NCBI GenBank assembly: GCA_040398805.1
Contig: JBBATK010000001.1
Coordinates: 377,933 to 441,932, forward strand
Reading direction: 5' to 3'
Length of the DNA: 64,000 bases
From: Candidatus Kapaibacterium sp.
GTDB taxonomy: Bacteria; Bacteroidota; Ignavibacteria; Kapaibacteriales; NICIL-2
The notes beneath the pieces were generated by a model. The model did not search any database, had not been told where the DNA came from, and saw only the letters and a list, made by a program, of their open reading frames with translations. Positions 56,532 through 64,000 of the stretch are shown piece after piece. Made by a program: the position numbers and the translations under genes. Position 1 is the first letter of the stretch, and each line of letters starts with the position of its first letter.

Positions 56532-57371
56532 ATGAAGCAAATCGTCGCGGTAGCATGCGTGGCTCTCGCCCTGTTGATGGGATGCGATGAGGTCAATCCT
56601 CCCTATGAGAAGAGCGGAAACGCTGGTCCGGTGGACACCACAGGATACGGTCAACACGTGCTTCTGGAAGAATTCACCGGGCACACGTGCCGGAACTGTC
56701 CCGTGGGACACAAAGTGGCCGAGCAGCTCCGCACGCTGTATGGCGAGAAGATCGTGACCATGGCCATTCATGCGGGAGCCTTTGCCATTCCCGAAGCGGA
56801 GTATCCCGAGGATTTCCGTACCTCGGCTGGTGATGCTCTCAATACCTTGTTCAAGGTCTCCTCCTACCCTGCCGGTGTCGTGAATCGAGCGCCGGTCAGC
56901 GGACAGTATGTGCAGAGTTCCGTGGCGTGGGCCTCGCTTGTGGATACCTTGTCGAAGGGTCAGTCGCCCTTCAAGCTGACCCTTACCCCGACCTATACTG
57001 CAGCGACCAAAAGTCTTTCCCTTGGTGTCCGCGTGCAGACCCGTGCCCTCTACACGAGCAGCAAGCCGGTTGCGATGATGTGGTACATCGTCGAGGACTC
57101 CGTCATCGCTCCTCAATTGAATTTCAACACGCGTATCCCGAACTATGTACACAAGGACGTGTTCCGCGACGCCCCCATGGGCGTGTACGGCAAAGCGTTC
57201 TTCAGCGGTAATACCATCGCGGCCAAGACTACGAAGGACACGACCCTGAACTACTCATTCGCTTCGGTGCCGTATGTACCGGAAAAATGCAAAGCCATCG
57301 TTGTCATGGCTCTACAGGAGCCGGATTATAGAGTGCTTCAAGTATCGGAAGTCCACGTGGTCAAGGAGTAA
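56532..57371 (+). CDS. Omp28-related outer-membrane lipoprotein with a thioredoxin-like CxxC motif
   Basis: Lipobox LLMGC. EEFTGHTCRNCPVGH resembles the Omp28 family (P. gingivalis Omp28-like) motif. About 280 aa. Confidence 0.55.
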   Translation: MKQIVAVACVALALLMGCDEVNPPYEKSGNAGPVDTTGYGQHVLLEEFTGHTCRNCPVGHKVAEQLRTLYGEKIVTMAIHAGAFAIPEAEYPEDFRTSAGDALNTLFKVSSYPAGVVNRAPVSGQYVQSSVAWASLVDTLSKGQSPFKLTLTPTYTAATKSLSLGVRVQTRALYTSSKPVAMMWYIVEDSVIAPQLNFNTRIPNYVHKDVFRDAPMGVYGKAFFSGNTIAAKTTKDTTLNYSFASVPYVPEKCKAIVVMALQEPDYRVLQVSEVHVVKE

Positions 57372-57499
57372 GCGTCGGCGAGTGCCGTCCTTCCGACCTC
57401 GATGTCGTGCCTGTGGCAAAAGCAGTTTGCCGTACCAAGTTTTCATCGCATTTTTGTGCTCCTCTCGCACCGAGACCGCATGGTCATCGGACGAGTTCC

Positions 57500-57581
57500 G
57501 GAGGGCTCGCATAATGGTATTGCAGCAGTCTTGAAAACTGCCGGGCGCAAGCCTGTGGGGGTTCGAGTCCCTCGCCCTCCG
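57500..57581 (+). tRNA. tRNA-Ser (anticodon TGA), 82 nt
   Basis: GGAGGGC acceptor stem; perfect anticodon stem GCAGT/ACTGC with loop CTTGAAA (anticodon UGA); 15-nt variable arm; T-arm GGGGGTTCGAGTCCCTC; discriminator G. Confidence 0.75.
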
Positions 57582-57641
57582 CTCCCTTCCTTCCGTTCCC
57601 TTGCATGATCAGAACGCGCCGGCTGTGCTGTCATCGTCCGG

Positions 57642-60600
57642 TCATTTGACGTCTTTCATGTTGTCATCCGGAACCCTGTCTATGAGATAGTAGAACGGAT
57701 CTATGCCGGCAGTCGTCGGACGTTGCTTCGTTCTCAGCGTGAACGTTTTGACTCCTTCACTGTTCAGCCACACACGTTGTGAACCCAACATCGAGCCGCG
57801 CTTTCTGCCGTTGGTCGGCTTGTCGAACACAGCGATATCGACCCAGTCATTCAACTTTGCCGGTGTCTCGCGTCCTAATGAATCCGCATACATCTTGGCA
57901 ACCCGCACCGTGATCGTCGTTTGGTAGCCGCCCGTCACCTCGTTGCAGGTAGCCGCCACAGCGCGATTATCGAACAGGGTGATTCTCCTGAACAGATCGT
58001 TGAGCATGTACTTCAAGCTATCGGGGGTTCGACCTTCGATTCTTCGGAAAAGCTCCATGGAGTTCGGATATGGCGGAGCCTTGTAGGCGAAGTTTGCAAC
58101 CAGGTCTTTGAGCGCGTCGTTGACGGTGCTGTCACCAAGCATCTCGCGAAGATGGTAGAAGACAACGCTCGCCTTGTTGTAATGGATGTATCCCTGATTC
58201 TCGATATCGAGCAAGGCGGACTCTTTCTCCGATTCGCGGCCGCGGGACCGCAGGTAGGCATCCATCTCGTACCGAAGGAACTTGTGCATCTGCTCCTTTC
58301 CGTACATGCGTTCCATCACCATGAGGGCGGAGTATTGGGACAGTGACTCGGATAGCAGGGTAGCACCCTGCATGTTCGCTCCCACCACCTGATGTGCCCA
58401 CCACTGATGTCCCATTTCATGAGCCACGACGTAGGTGACCATGTCGATACTCGCAGAATCTTCGAGGTTGGCGATGAATCCTATGGACTCCGAATACGGC
58501 ATCGTTCCCGGAAACGCCTGGGCGAATCCCGCATATCGAGGAAACTCGATGATGCGTGCCTGCTTGTGCTTGTAGGGACCGAAGTTCTCGGAGTAGTAAT
58601 CGACGGACTTCTCCATGGACATCAGCATCTTGTCCACGTTATACTCATGGCGTTTGTCGTAATACACCTCAAGCCGCACTCCCTTATGCTCACGGCGCTT
58701 CACCTGATACGATGCGGACATGAACGAGTAGAAATTCATCGACGGATGGTCGAGCTCGTATTCGAAATAGTTCCGTCCACCCGCGGTCCATTCCCGACGT
58801 AATGAGCCGGGCGCGATCGCAATCTGGTCGCCCGCTGTGCCGAATACGCTTCTCACCCGCACCCAGTCGGAGTTATTCGTCAGATAGGTATTCATCCTTG
58901 CTGACGGATCATCGCTCAGTCGCGGCACTCGGGCGCGCGGCGGCAGTCCGTGCTTCCTCCTGTCGTTCTTGTCCGTCATCTCGTAGTCCGGTTGATAACC
59001 GATCGTCGGCAGGATATCCGCGTTATTGAAAAACGTCCCGTTGTTGACAATGGAGGTCTGCGTCACCTCGTTTTCGATGCCACGTGGTTCGAACTTCATG
59101 GACATGCGCATGGTCAACGAATCGCCCGGCTGCAGGGACGACGACAATCGGTAGATGGCGAACTTGCGCACGGTGTCCATCAAGAGGATCCGGGCACCGG
59201 GTATCTCCATCTCGGACCGATACGAAGGCGGCAGTGTGAAATACAAGGAATCGATGGCGCCCGAGCCGGTGTTCCGCACTGTCGACATGCAGGTGACCAT
59301 GAGAGCTCGCCGCTCGGGATAGAGCTCGATGTGATAATCGAGAGCGTGAATCCTCGGCTGGTTTCGTCCTTCGAACTTCTTATAGAGCCGTTCGTACTCG
59401 ATCTGTATCGACTCCATCTCGTCTTCGGACTTGTAGGTATTGATCACTTTCGTATTGACGTACAACCAGCTACCGCATCCGAGCCACAGGATGAGCAGAC
59501 CGATGGTTATCGTTCGGACACCGCGGAAACGTCGAACGGCAAGAGTCGTCCTCATGGCGAATCCATCCTCCCTTCCGCGTGTCCAATACAGATAGGTGAC
59601 GACAAGTAACAAACACCCGAAGAGGAACCAATACGCCTTGAACGCGAGCTTCGCCGTCAGGAACGGACCGAATCCGTTCATGTCCGAGTACGTCAGATTC
59701 GGCGTCGCTCCGTAAATGAGCAGATTGGACGAGACATCAAGAGCTTGCCACACAAAGGCGTTGGCGACAATGATGACGATGAACACGAAGTACCCCAGGT
59801 ATCTGTTGTTCACCAGAGAGTGGACGCAGACGCTGAGAATGATGAGGGAAAGGAATTTCGTGGCGTCGAGAACAAGTAGCTGGACGGCATAGACCTCGGG
59901 TCGGAGGTCACGGAAGCCGTGGAGTATCTGCGTGACCATGCCGGTGAAAGCGCTGACCACGAGTACAATCATGATCATGGCTGTCATGGCGATGGTTTTC
60001 GACAACATCGGTATCCAGTCGGGATGCGGCAAGGCATCGTAGATGTCATTCACCTTGGCATCGCGTTCCTTCCACACGATAGCACCACTGTAGAACGTGA
60101 TGATGGCGATGATGTAGAGGTAGAGTCCACCTTGGATGATGTCGATCATGGTATAGGAAACCGGAAATGAGGAGTTCCCATACCCTGCGTCCGTCGCATA
60201 CGCCAGATTGGTGATCAGGTTCACGGCACCGAAAATCATGAGCACGAGAAAGGCCATGTTCTTCATCAGGGAGATGATCTCCAGCTTCGTCTGCCCGAGC
60301 AACTTCCGGACGTTCGAGCCGCCGTCGGCATCGGGCCGGATGACGCCGAGCGCGAGCGGGACGCGCTGCCGCTCCGGAGTTTCCTCCGACTCCCCATGTT
60401 TCCCTGCCTTCGCTTTTTCCGTGAAACGGAAACCGCGATACGTCACGCCGAAAATCACCACGCCCAGCGCCATCCACAGACATCGGTTCCACAGCATGAC
60501 CCCGTCGAATCCCAGAGTCATACTGTTTCGTTCCAGAACTGTCCAGTACTTCGTCTGTACCGCAAGCGTGCGGACACCGAAGGGATCCAGCATCGAACCG

Positions 60601-61211
60601 AGGAACTCGTTGTCGATATCGCCCACCAATGTCAGGGCGATGATATATCCCACGAGCAATCCAATGGAACCGAGAAACGAGAGCAGTGTGCTTCTCGTCA
60701 CCGCGGCAATGCTGAAGATGATGGATCCCGCGAACACGAGATTCGGGATGATGAAGACAAGCAGGCCGAGGACGTGGGATTCCCAATACACCGGTCCGAG
60801 CACCTCTGCATCCACCCATGGCATGAGACCGCCCATCAACACACCGACGGATACACCGAGAAACGGAACGATGCTCACAAGGAGCGCACCGACGAATCGA
60901 CCGAGAAGAAGATCCCGCTTGCGCACAGGCGTGGAGAACAATATCTGATACGTCTTCTCCGTGAAGTCTCTCGCTGCGGCCCCGTTCATGTACGAGGTGA
61001 TCATCAGCAGACTGAAGATCGACATGAGGGCGTAGTAATTCTCCACCACATACGGAGCGTTGCGATGGACGTTACCCATGCTTCCACCGATCCGTATCTC
61101 GTCACTGACCGTGGCTCCGAAAATGAGCAGCGCGTTGATGAGCAGGAAGATGTAGACGCTCGGTTGACGCAACCAATAGCGAAGTTCGAAAAGGAGTATG
61201 CTCAGGAACAT
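57642..61211 (-). CDS. Fusion protein: ABC-2-type transporter permease (N-terminal, polytopic) plus M1-family zinc metallopeptidase (aminopeptidase N-like) domain
   Basis: The N-terminal ~560 aa form multiple TM helices in ABC-2 permease style. The C-terminal region carries the gluzincin motif VAHEMGHQWW plus a downstream Glu (LSESLSQYSALMVMERMY), as in M1 aminopeptidases. Start chosen at MFLSILLFELRYWL (61211); the listed ORF extends to 61334. Confidence 0.75.
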   Translation of the reverse strand: MFLSILLFELRYWLRQPSVYIFLLINALLIFGATVSDEIRIGGSMGNVHRNAPYVVENYYALMSIFSLLMITSYMNGAAARDFTEKTYQILFSTPVRKRDLLLGRFVGALLVSIVPFLGVSVGVLMGGLMPWVDAEVLGPVYWESHVLGLLVFIIPNLVFAGSIIFSIAAVTRSTLLSFLGSIGLLVGYIIALTLVGDIDNEFLGSMLDPFGVRTLAVQTKYWTVLERNSMTLGFDGVMLWNRCLWMALGVVIFGVTYRGFRFTEKAKAGKHGESEETPERQRVPLALGVIRPDADGGSNVRKLLGQTKLEIISLMKNMAFLVLMIFGAVNLITNLAYATDAGYGNSSFPVSYTMIDIIQGGLYLYIIAIITFYSGAIVWKERDAKVNDIYDALPHPDWIPMLSKTIAMTAMIMIVLVVSAFTGMVTQILHGFRDLRPEVYAVQLLVLDATKFLSLIILSVCVHSLVNNRYLGYFVFIVIIVANAFVWQALDVSSNLLIYGATPNLTYSDMNGFGPFLTAKLAFKAYWFLFGCLLLVVTYLYWTRGREDGFAMRTTLAVRRFRGVRTITIGLLILWLGCGSWLYVNTKVINTYKSEDEMESIQIEYERLYKKFEGRNQPRIHALDYHIELYPERRALMVTCMSTVRNTGSGAIDSLYFTLPPSYRSEMEIPGARILLMDTVRKFAIYRLSSSLQPGDSLTMRMSMKFEPRGIENEVTQTSIVNNGTFFNNADILPTIGYQPDYEMTDKNDRRKHGLPPRARVPRLSDDPSARMNTYLTNNSDWVRVRSVFGTAGDQIAIAPGSLRREWTAGGRNYFEYELDHPSMNFYSFMSASYQVKRREHKGVRLEVYYDKRHEYNVDKMLMSMEKSVDYYSENFGPYKHKQARIIEFPRYAGFAQAFPGTMPYSESIGFIANLEDSASIDMVTYVVAHEMGHQWWAHQVVGANMQGATLLSESLSQYSALMVMERMYGKEQMHKFLRYEMDAYLRSRGRESEKESALLDIENQGYIHYNKASVVFYHLREMLGDSTVNDALKDLVANFAYKAPPYPNSMELFRRIEGRTPDSLKYMLNDLFRRITLFDNRAVAATCNEVTGGYQTTITVRVAKMYADSLGRETPAKLNDWVDIAVFDKPTNGRKRGSMLGSQRVWLNSEGVKTFTLRTKQRPTTAGIDPFYYLIDRVPDDNMKDVK

Positions 61212-61224
61212 AGTTACGATGGAA

Positions 61225-62106
61225 TTATGCCTCGATGGCGTTCTTATAACCCTTGATGTACGTGAAGAACACATCCTCGAGATCTGCTTCGACCTTCGTG
61301 AATTCTTCTCCCGGGGAGTGCTCCCCGTACACATGAATGAGCGGCATTCCTGCTACCATGCGTGTGGAAATGACGGGGAGGGACGCCTGAAGATCGTGGA
61401 GCGCGCTCTTCGGAACCGAGGAACTCCACACATGGTCTTTCACTCCCGCAAGGGCATCTGCCGGACTTCCAGCATACAGCACCCTGCCTTTGTCGATGAT
61501 CGCCATGTTGTTGCAGAGCTCCCTCACGTCGTCCACGATATGCGTGCTCAAAATGACGATCACATGTTCACCGATCTCGGAAAGGAGGTTGTAAAAGCGG
61601 TTGCGTTCGCCCGGATCAAGTCCTGCGGTCGGTTCGTCCACAATGATCAACTGCGGATCTCCGATCAATGCCTGAGCGATACCGAAGCGCTGCTTCATAC
61701 CTCCGGAAAATCCCCCGAGAGCCTTTTTCCGCACGTCCCAAAGATTCACGCGGTGGAGCAGTTCCTCCACCAACTCACGACGCTGCGTCGTGATTCCCTT
61801 GAGCACGGCGATATGATCCAACATCTCCAAGGCACTGATTTTCGGATACACACCGAACTCCTGAGGCAGATACCCCAAGGTTCTGCGCACGGCGGTCTGC
61901 TCTTTCATCACATCGATGGAACCCAAGCGAATGCGGCCGCTATCCGGCTCTTGAAGCGTGGCGATAGTTCTCATGAGCGTGGATTTTCCGGCACCGTTCG
62001 GACCTAAAAGTCCGAACATGCCTGTCGACAAGGTCAGGTTGACGTCGTCCAGCGCCTTGACACCGTTCTTGTAGGTCTTGGACAGGTTTTCGATGACGAG
62101 TTCCAT
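61225..62106 (-). CDS. ABC transporter ATP-binding protein (partner of the permease-peptidase fusion)
   Basis: Walker A GPNGAGKST, signature FSGGMKQR, Walker B IIVDEP. Start at MELVIENLSK. 14-nt gap to the permease gene. Confidence 0.85.
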   Translation of the reverse strand: MELVIENLSKTYKNGVKALDDVNLTLSTGMFGLLGPNGAGKSTLMRTIATLQEPDSGRIRLGSIDVMKEQTAVRRTLGYLPQEFGVYPKISALEMLDHIAVLKGITTQRRELVEELLHRVNLWDVRKKALGGFSGGMKQRFGIAQALIGDPQLIIVDEPTAGLDPGERNRFYNLLSEIGEHVIVILSTHIVDDVRELCNNMAIIDKGRVLYAGSPADALAGVKDHVWSSSVPKSALHDLQASLPVISTRMVAGMPLIHVYGEHSPGEEFTKVEADLEDVFFTYIKGYKNAIEA

Positions 62107-62292
62107 AGCGTTGAATGGTAAGTAGAACATCCGCGAGCGTCCGCGCAACGGTCAGACACCGGTAGGACCGGAAGGTTTCGTGAAAGGAAGCGGAAGAGTG
62201 CTTTTTTTCAGATCGGAACCTGCGGGGATGCTCCCACAAAAACGACCACGAAGCACCCCGCCTCCCCCACAACCTCGCCTGTCGGAGGACTC

Positions 62293-62327
62293 AAAAAAAA
62301 AGGTGTCTACCTATGCGGTAGACACCT
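62293..62327 (-). terminator. Rho-independent terminator of ssrA (tmRNA)
   Basis: Minus strand: AGGTGTCTACC-GCATA-GGTAGACACCT (11-bp stem) followed by TTTTTTTTT. Confidence 0.75.
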
Positions 62328-62343
62328 TTGCGGCTTGGCCCTG

Positions 62344-62735
62344 TGGAGATGCCGGGAGTCGAACCCGGGTCCGAAGTGCAGAGCGCGTAGCATACTCCAT
62401 GCGTAGTCAGTCTACAGAATTTCGCAAGCGTGCTCGCCGACAGACAGGCACACTGCTTGCTATCGTCCGTTTGTTTAATCGCTACGCGGAACGCCACACG
62501 CAGCAACGATACACTGAGAAGCGTCACCGATTCGCACAAGCAGTGTCACTCATGCGGTCGATGGAAAGCGGAACCGAAGCTCGACGCTTTCAACTACGTC
62601 TGCTGTTTAGGCAGCCATAGCGTAAGAGAAGGTGTTGCCTTCTATGGTTTCGCCGATTGTATTAACGAGCTTCACCGGCGGAGCTCGGCATGCATCTACG
62701 TCATTCTTCCACCCCGTCGAGACCATTTCATCCCC
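62344..62735 (-). ncRNA. ssrA: Transfer-messenger RNA (tmRNA, SsrA); tag reading frame ends ...NTFSYAMAA*
   Basis: Minus strand: 5' GGGGATGAAATGGTCTCGACGGGG (canonical tmRNA 5' end). 3' tRNA-like end GGTTCGACTCCCGGCATCTCCACCA with encoded CCA. Internal ORF ...GNTFSYAMAA-TAA resembles the Chlorobi-type tag (e.g. ADDYSYAMAA). Confidence 0.85.
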
Positions 62736-62816
62736 GCGTACCGTCCATATTCCTCGCCTTCATTCTTTGGCATCCTGCGGTCAGCCGGACCGTAGAACGT
62801 TCCTTCGTTGCGCTTC

Positions 62817-63980
62817 CTATTCAAAGGCCGCGATACCCGTGATATCCTGTCCGAGGATCAAGGTATGGATATCGTGCGTTCCCTCGTAGGTCTTCACCGA
62901 CTCCAGGTTACCTGCATGACGCATGATCGGATACTCGCTCAGAATACCGTTCGCGCCATGGATATCCCGAGCCACGCGGGCGATATCGAGGGCCACGGCA
63001 ACGTTGTTGCGCTTGGCCAAGGATACCTGCTGCGGACGCATCGTCTTGGTATCCTTCAACTGCGCCAGACGCCAGTTGAGCAATTGACCCTTCGTGATTT
63101 CCGTCAGCATCCATGCAAGCTTGTCCTGCACCAGCTGGAATCCCGCTATGGGCTTACCGAACTGCACACGACTCTTTGCATAGTTCACGCTGGACTCGTA
63201 GGAAGCCATGGCACTGCCGATGGCACCCCATGCGATACCGAAGCGCGCCTGGGTAAGGCACGATAGCGGACCTTTCAGACCGGAAATGGACAACAGGTTT
63301 CCTTCCGGAATCTCTACGTCCTGGAAAATCAGCTCGCTCGTCACACTTGCGCGCAGCGAATGCTTGTTCTTCATTTCCGGTGCCGTGAAACCCTTCATCC
63401 CCTTTTCGACGACGAACCCGTGTACCACACCGTCCAGCTTCGCCCATACCACTGCCACGTCGGCAAGCGAACCGTTCGTGATCCACATCTTCGCACCGTT
63501 GAGAAGAAAACCTCCGTCGATCCTTTTGGCGTTGGTCAACATCCCCGAAGGGTTGCTTCCGTGATCCGGCTCGGTAAGACCGAAACAGCCGATGGCCTGT
63601 CCTGTGGCAAGCTTGGGCAACCACTTCGTCCGGATTTCCTCCGAACCATAGGTGTACAGAGGATACATCACCAGCGAGCTCTGCACGCTTGCGAACGAAC
63701 GCACACCGGAATCGCCACGCTCGAGTTCCTGCATCGCTATCCCGTAACACATGTTATTCATGCCTGCGCATCCGTACTCCTGCGGCAAGGTCATACCGAA
63801 GACCCCGAGCTCTCCCATCTTCGCAACCAGATCCATGGGGAAATACGCACCTTGGTACGCTTGCTCGATGACAGGCATCACCTCGTTGTCGACGAAGTCA
63901 CGAATGGTCTGACGGACGAGCTTTTCGTCGTCGCTCAGAAGATCATCGATTGCGTAGTAATCAACTCCTTGAAATGCCAT
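62817..63980 (-). CDS. Acyl-CoA dehydrogenase (glutaryl-CoA dehydrogenase-like)
   Basis: 387 aa. ACAD N-terminal, middle and C-terminal domains (...GCFGLTEPDHGSNP..., ...YEGTHDIHTLILGQ). Catalytic base context matches GCDH-like enzymes. Confidence 0.85.
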   Translation of the reverse strand: MAFQGVDYYAIDDLLSDDEKLVRQTIRDFVDNEVMPVIEQAYQGAYFPMDLVAKMGELGVFGMTLPQEYGCAGMNNMCYGIAMQELERGDSGVRSFASVQSSLVMYPLYTYGSEEIRTKWLPKLATGQAIGCFGLTEPDHGSNPSGMLTNAKRIDGGFLLNGAKMWITNGSLADVAVVWAKLDGVVHGFVVEKGMKGFTAPEMKNKHSLRASVTSELIFQDVEIPEGNLLSISGLKGPLSCLTQARFGIAWGAIGSAMASYESSVNYAKSRVQFGKPIAGFQLVQDKLAWMLTEITKGQLLNWRLAQLKDTKTMRPQQVSLAKRNNVAVALDIARVARDIHGANGILSEYPIMRHAGNLESVKTYEGTHDIHTLILGQDITGIAAFE

Positions 63981-64000
63981 AACTGCTCTTGAAAGTGTGT

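Noticed and set aside
57500-57581. Possibility that the + strand tRNA is tRNA-Sec (selenocysteine)
   Set aside because: The anticodon reads 5'-UGA-3' (decodes UCA, serine), not 5'-UCA-3'. The acceptor stem is 7 bp and the T-stem 5 bp (standard), not the 8/5 or 9/4 Sec geometry.

Overview
This is a GC-rich (about 60%) chromosomal window, densely coding, from a bacterium of the Fibrobacteres-Chlorobi-Bacteroidetes (FCB) group. Three things point to the Chlorobi/Ignavibacteria/Kapabacteria-like neighbourhood: a type-A type IX secretion system (T9SS) C-terminal sorting domain, a DUF1573 protein, and a Chlorobi-type tmRNA tag ending SYAMAA. Most of the content is housekeeping: lysS (partial), trmD, queC, murD, ftsW, lptB, htrA, surA and a ppiD-like gene, murC, mutL, plsY-gpsA, pruA, ispE, glgA, nuoM-nuoN, rsgA, priA, three tRNAs, tmRNA and a probable SRP RNA. 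Several features are unusual. (i) A 449-aa ClpB homolog begins inside the middle (M) domain and keeps only the second nucleotide-binding domain (NBD2); an in-frame stop lies 4 codons upstream of its start codon. (ii) murD-ftsW is followed not by murG-murC but by a tightly packed cell-envelope module: a 1056-aa periplasmic TPR protein with CpoB/YbgF-like repeats, a 540-aa outer-membrane beta-barrel, a bitopic SPOR-domain protein with a very long disordered linker, a TonB/TolA-like protein and a MOP-family flippase. murC sits 17 kb away next to mutL. (iii) A tandem-duplicated TetR regulator heads an overlapping tetR-trmD-queC-MATE-like transporter operon. (iv) An ABC ATPase sits upstream of a 1190-aa ABC-2 permease fused to an M1 (HEXXH) metallopeptidase domain. 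(v) An orphan cytoplasmic histidine-kinase core lies upstream of pruA. (vi) A lipoprotein DNA/RNA non-specific nuclease is divergent from an unknown lipoprotein. (vii) A T9SS cargo protein overlaps a small outer-membrane barrel (possibly PorP/SprF-like) next to a DUF1573 gene. No CRISPR array, integrase, transposase or obvious mobile element was seen. Many long 'ORFs' in the six-frame track are GC-driven shadow frames antisense to real genes and were rejected.
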